DNA of 64,000 nucleotides from Podarcis filfolensis (lineage: Eukaryota). Below, piece after piece: positions 62,547 to 64,000 of this stretch. The stretch lies in assembly GCA_964270895.1 (NCBI GenBank), contig OZ185440.1. One strand, written 5' to 3'. The notes under the pieces were generated by a model that ran no database searches, was not told where the DNA came from, and was given only the letters and a program-made list of their open reading frames with translations. The translations under genes were made by a program, and so were the position numbers. The stretch's first letter is position 1. Each line of letters opens with the position of its first letter.

Positions 62547-62730
62547 CATAGAATCATAGATAAATAATAGAATGGTAGAGTTGGAAGGGATTCTGAGGGT
62601 CTTCTCGTCCAACCCCCTGCAATGCAGGAATCTCAACTGAATGTGTTGAATCTTTTTGCCCAATGTGGGGCTCGAACCCTTCACCCTGAGATGAAGAGTC
62701 TCATGCTCTACCAACTGAGCTAAAGTGGGG
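62547..62730 (-). mobile_element. tRNA-Lys(CTT)-headed SINE with CR1 3' tail
   Basis: Reverse complement tagctcagttggtagagcatgagactcttcatctcagggtgaagggttcgagccccacattgggc (tRNA-Lys-like; A and B boxes intact), then gttgagattcctgcattgcagggggttggac...cccttccaactctaccattct tail. Confidence 0.8.
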
Positions 62731-63853
62731 GGGGGGGAGAAGCAAAATGTGAAGTTGTCCAGCACTGTAAGAAAAAAATAATGGTTGTGTGTTACAACTC
62801 TCAACAGAGATGGGCTCCTTTACAAAAAGTTGCAATGCTAATTTAGCAACCCTTTGCAGAAGCAATATTGAAATTTTCACCAGCTAGTATCACATTGTCA
62901 GAAATCACACCATTAATGCCAAGTCTGACAACTTCAATTACCGAAGAGCTAGAATTAAATCCAAATGCTCCGAGTGAGTAAAATTTGGGGAGTGGTAACT
63001 GCGGGTGGCAAAGTCAGCTCAGCCTCTGAAACTTTAATTAAAAATCTTGTCATAAATACTTTCTAATTGAAACTTTTCTGTAAATATATTGTCATCCAGG
63101 TTTTTAAAAAATTGCCATTTCTTGCTGCACATTAAGACTAAACATTAATCTTCCATGCCACATATTGAGCTGCTGAATAAGATTATAGACAACTTGCTCC
63201 AGTGTTAACTTGTCCTTTTTTAACATCAACTGGTAACTCCTAAGCCAGAAGGCAAATGAACCTATGGAGGTTATGGTGGCTCTGGCTTTGGAACTTTTCA
63301 GCTGTCCATGGTGGGTGGCTGTGCAGGTCTGGCTCATCTTTCATTGAAAATATCCCACCAGCAGAACGAGTTACTGATCAGGGATCTACAGGATAAAGAA
63401 CACTCTAGCACCCAGTAGCCAAAGCTATTAAGAGAAGTAATCACGCAAGCTAACACCAGTCCAGCTTTCATTGGTACAGTAAATATGTGACTGGGCTGTA
63501 CAGCTTCAGAATACAGGATCAACCATAGAAAATATTCCCTCTAGTTCAAAAATTAGCATGTCACCATAGTATTCTCCCTGATATGCTACTGCTTTGTGTG
63601 GAATGAATGTTTTGTAGGAAGGAGCATGCAATTAAACTCATGTGAACTTAATTCTCAAGTGAATTAAGTAGTACAACCACTTGTACCACTCATTCTCAAG
63701 CAGTACAACCCAGAATTACCACTGAGAACTAGATCTTCATTAATTTACTTCATACTAAAGCAGCAACAACCCTGTATCTGATCCATACAAAGGCCTAGTT
63801 TGCATGTCACGGTAAGCCAACTATGCCGCACGAACCTGCTTAGCCTCCCTGTT

Positions 63854-64000
63854 CATAGAATAATAGAACTGTAGAGTTTGAAGGGATCCCAAGGGTCATC
63901 TAGTCTAACCATCTGTAATGCAAGAATCTCAACAAAACCTCTGCTTAAAAACCTCCAAGGAAGGAGTGTCCACCACCTTCCAAGAGAGTTCGTTCTACTA
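63854..64000 (-). mobile_element. CR1 LINE 3' end (continues beyond the window)
   Basis: catagaataatagaactgtagagtttgaagggatcccaagggtcatctagtctaacc...ttaaaaacctccaaggaaggagtgtccaccacc. Confidence 0.75.

Noticed and set aside
62657-62730. Functional tRNA-Lys(CTT) gene
   Set aside because: The acceptor stem and T stem are broken, the anticodon loop is altered (tcttcat), and it runs directly into a CR1 tail with no T-run terminator. It is a SINE head.
56537-64000. First coding exon of SULF2 (signal peptide, PNIILVLTDDQD)
   Set aside because: No matching translation found on the minus strand; it probably lies beyond 64000. ORF 61144-61374 does not resemble it.
1-64000. CRISPR array or prokaryotic systems
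   Set aside because: The recurring 30-40 bp motifs are dispersed MITE or SINE parts, not regularly spaced repeats with spacers, and the sequence is intron-rich vertebrate DNA.

Overview
Vertebrate genomic DNA from a squamate reptile. The Sauria SINE, Bov-B and Squam3-like SINE content suggests a lacertid lizard (inference). The whole window lies inside one protein-coding gene on the minus strand, SULF2 (extracellular heparan sulfate 6-O-endosulfatase 2). Eleven consecutive internal coding exons (56536 down to 2201; 1754 nt) can be read with canonical GT-AG boundaries and a continuous frame. They correspond to human exons 3-13 as I recall the numbering; the first coding exon and the 3' exons lie outside the window. 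The introns hold many transposable elements: Sauria SINEs, Squam3/MIR-like SINEs, a tRNA-Lys/CR1 SINE, Bov-B, L1, L2 and CR1 fragments, hAT-type MITEs with 8-bp TSDs, a Penelope-like foldback and two solo LTRs. The most unusual region is 45.9-49.6 kb. Two different solo LTRs (TG...CA, each with its own perfect 5-bp TSD) are both open from nucleotide 2 in the same frame. They share an Arg-rich/Trp peptide motif conserved at the protein level (11/25 aa) but not at the DNA level (29/75 nt), which suggests an LTR-encoded protein domain. Next to them is a Penelope-like insertion with a 71-bp perfect inverted repeat and a near-complete minimal hammerhead ribozyme. No CRISPR, rRNA or functional tRNA genes were seen. 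All alignments were done by eye, with no database searches.
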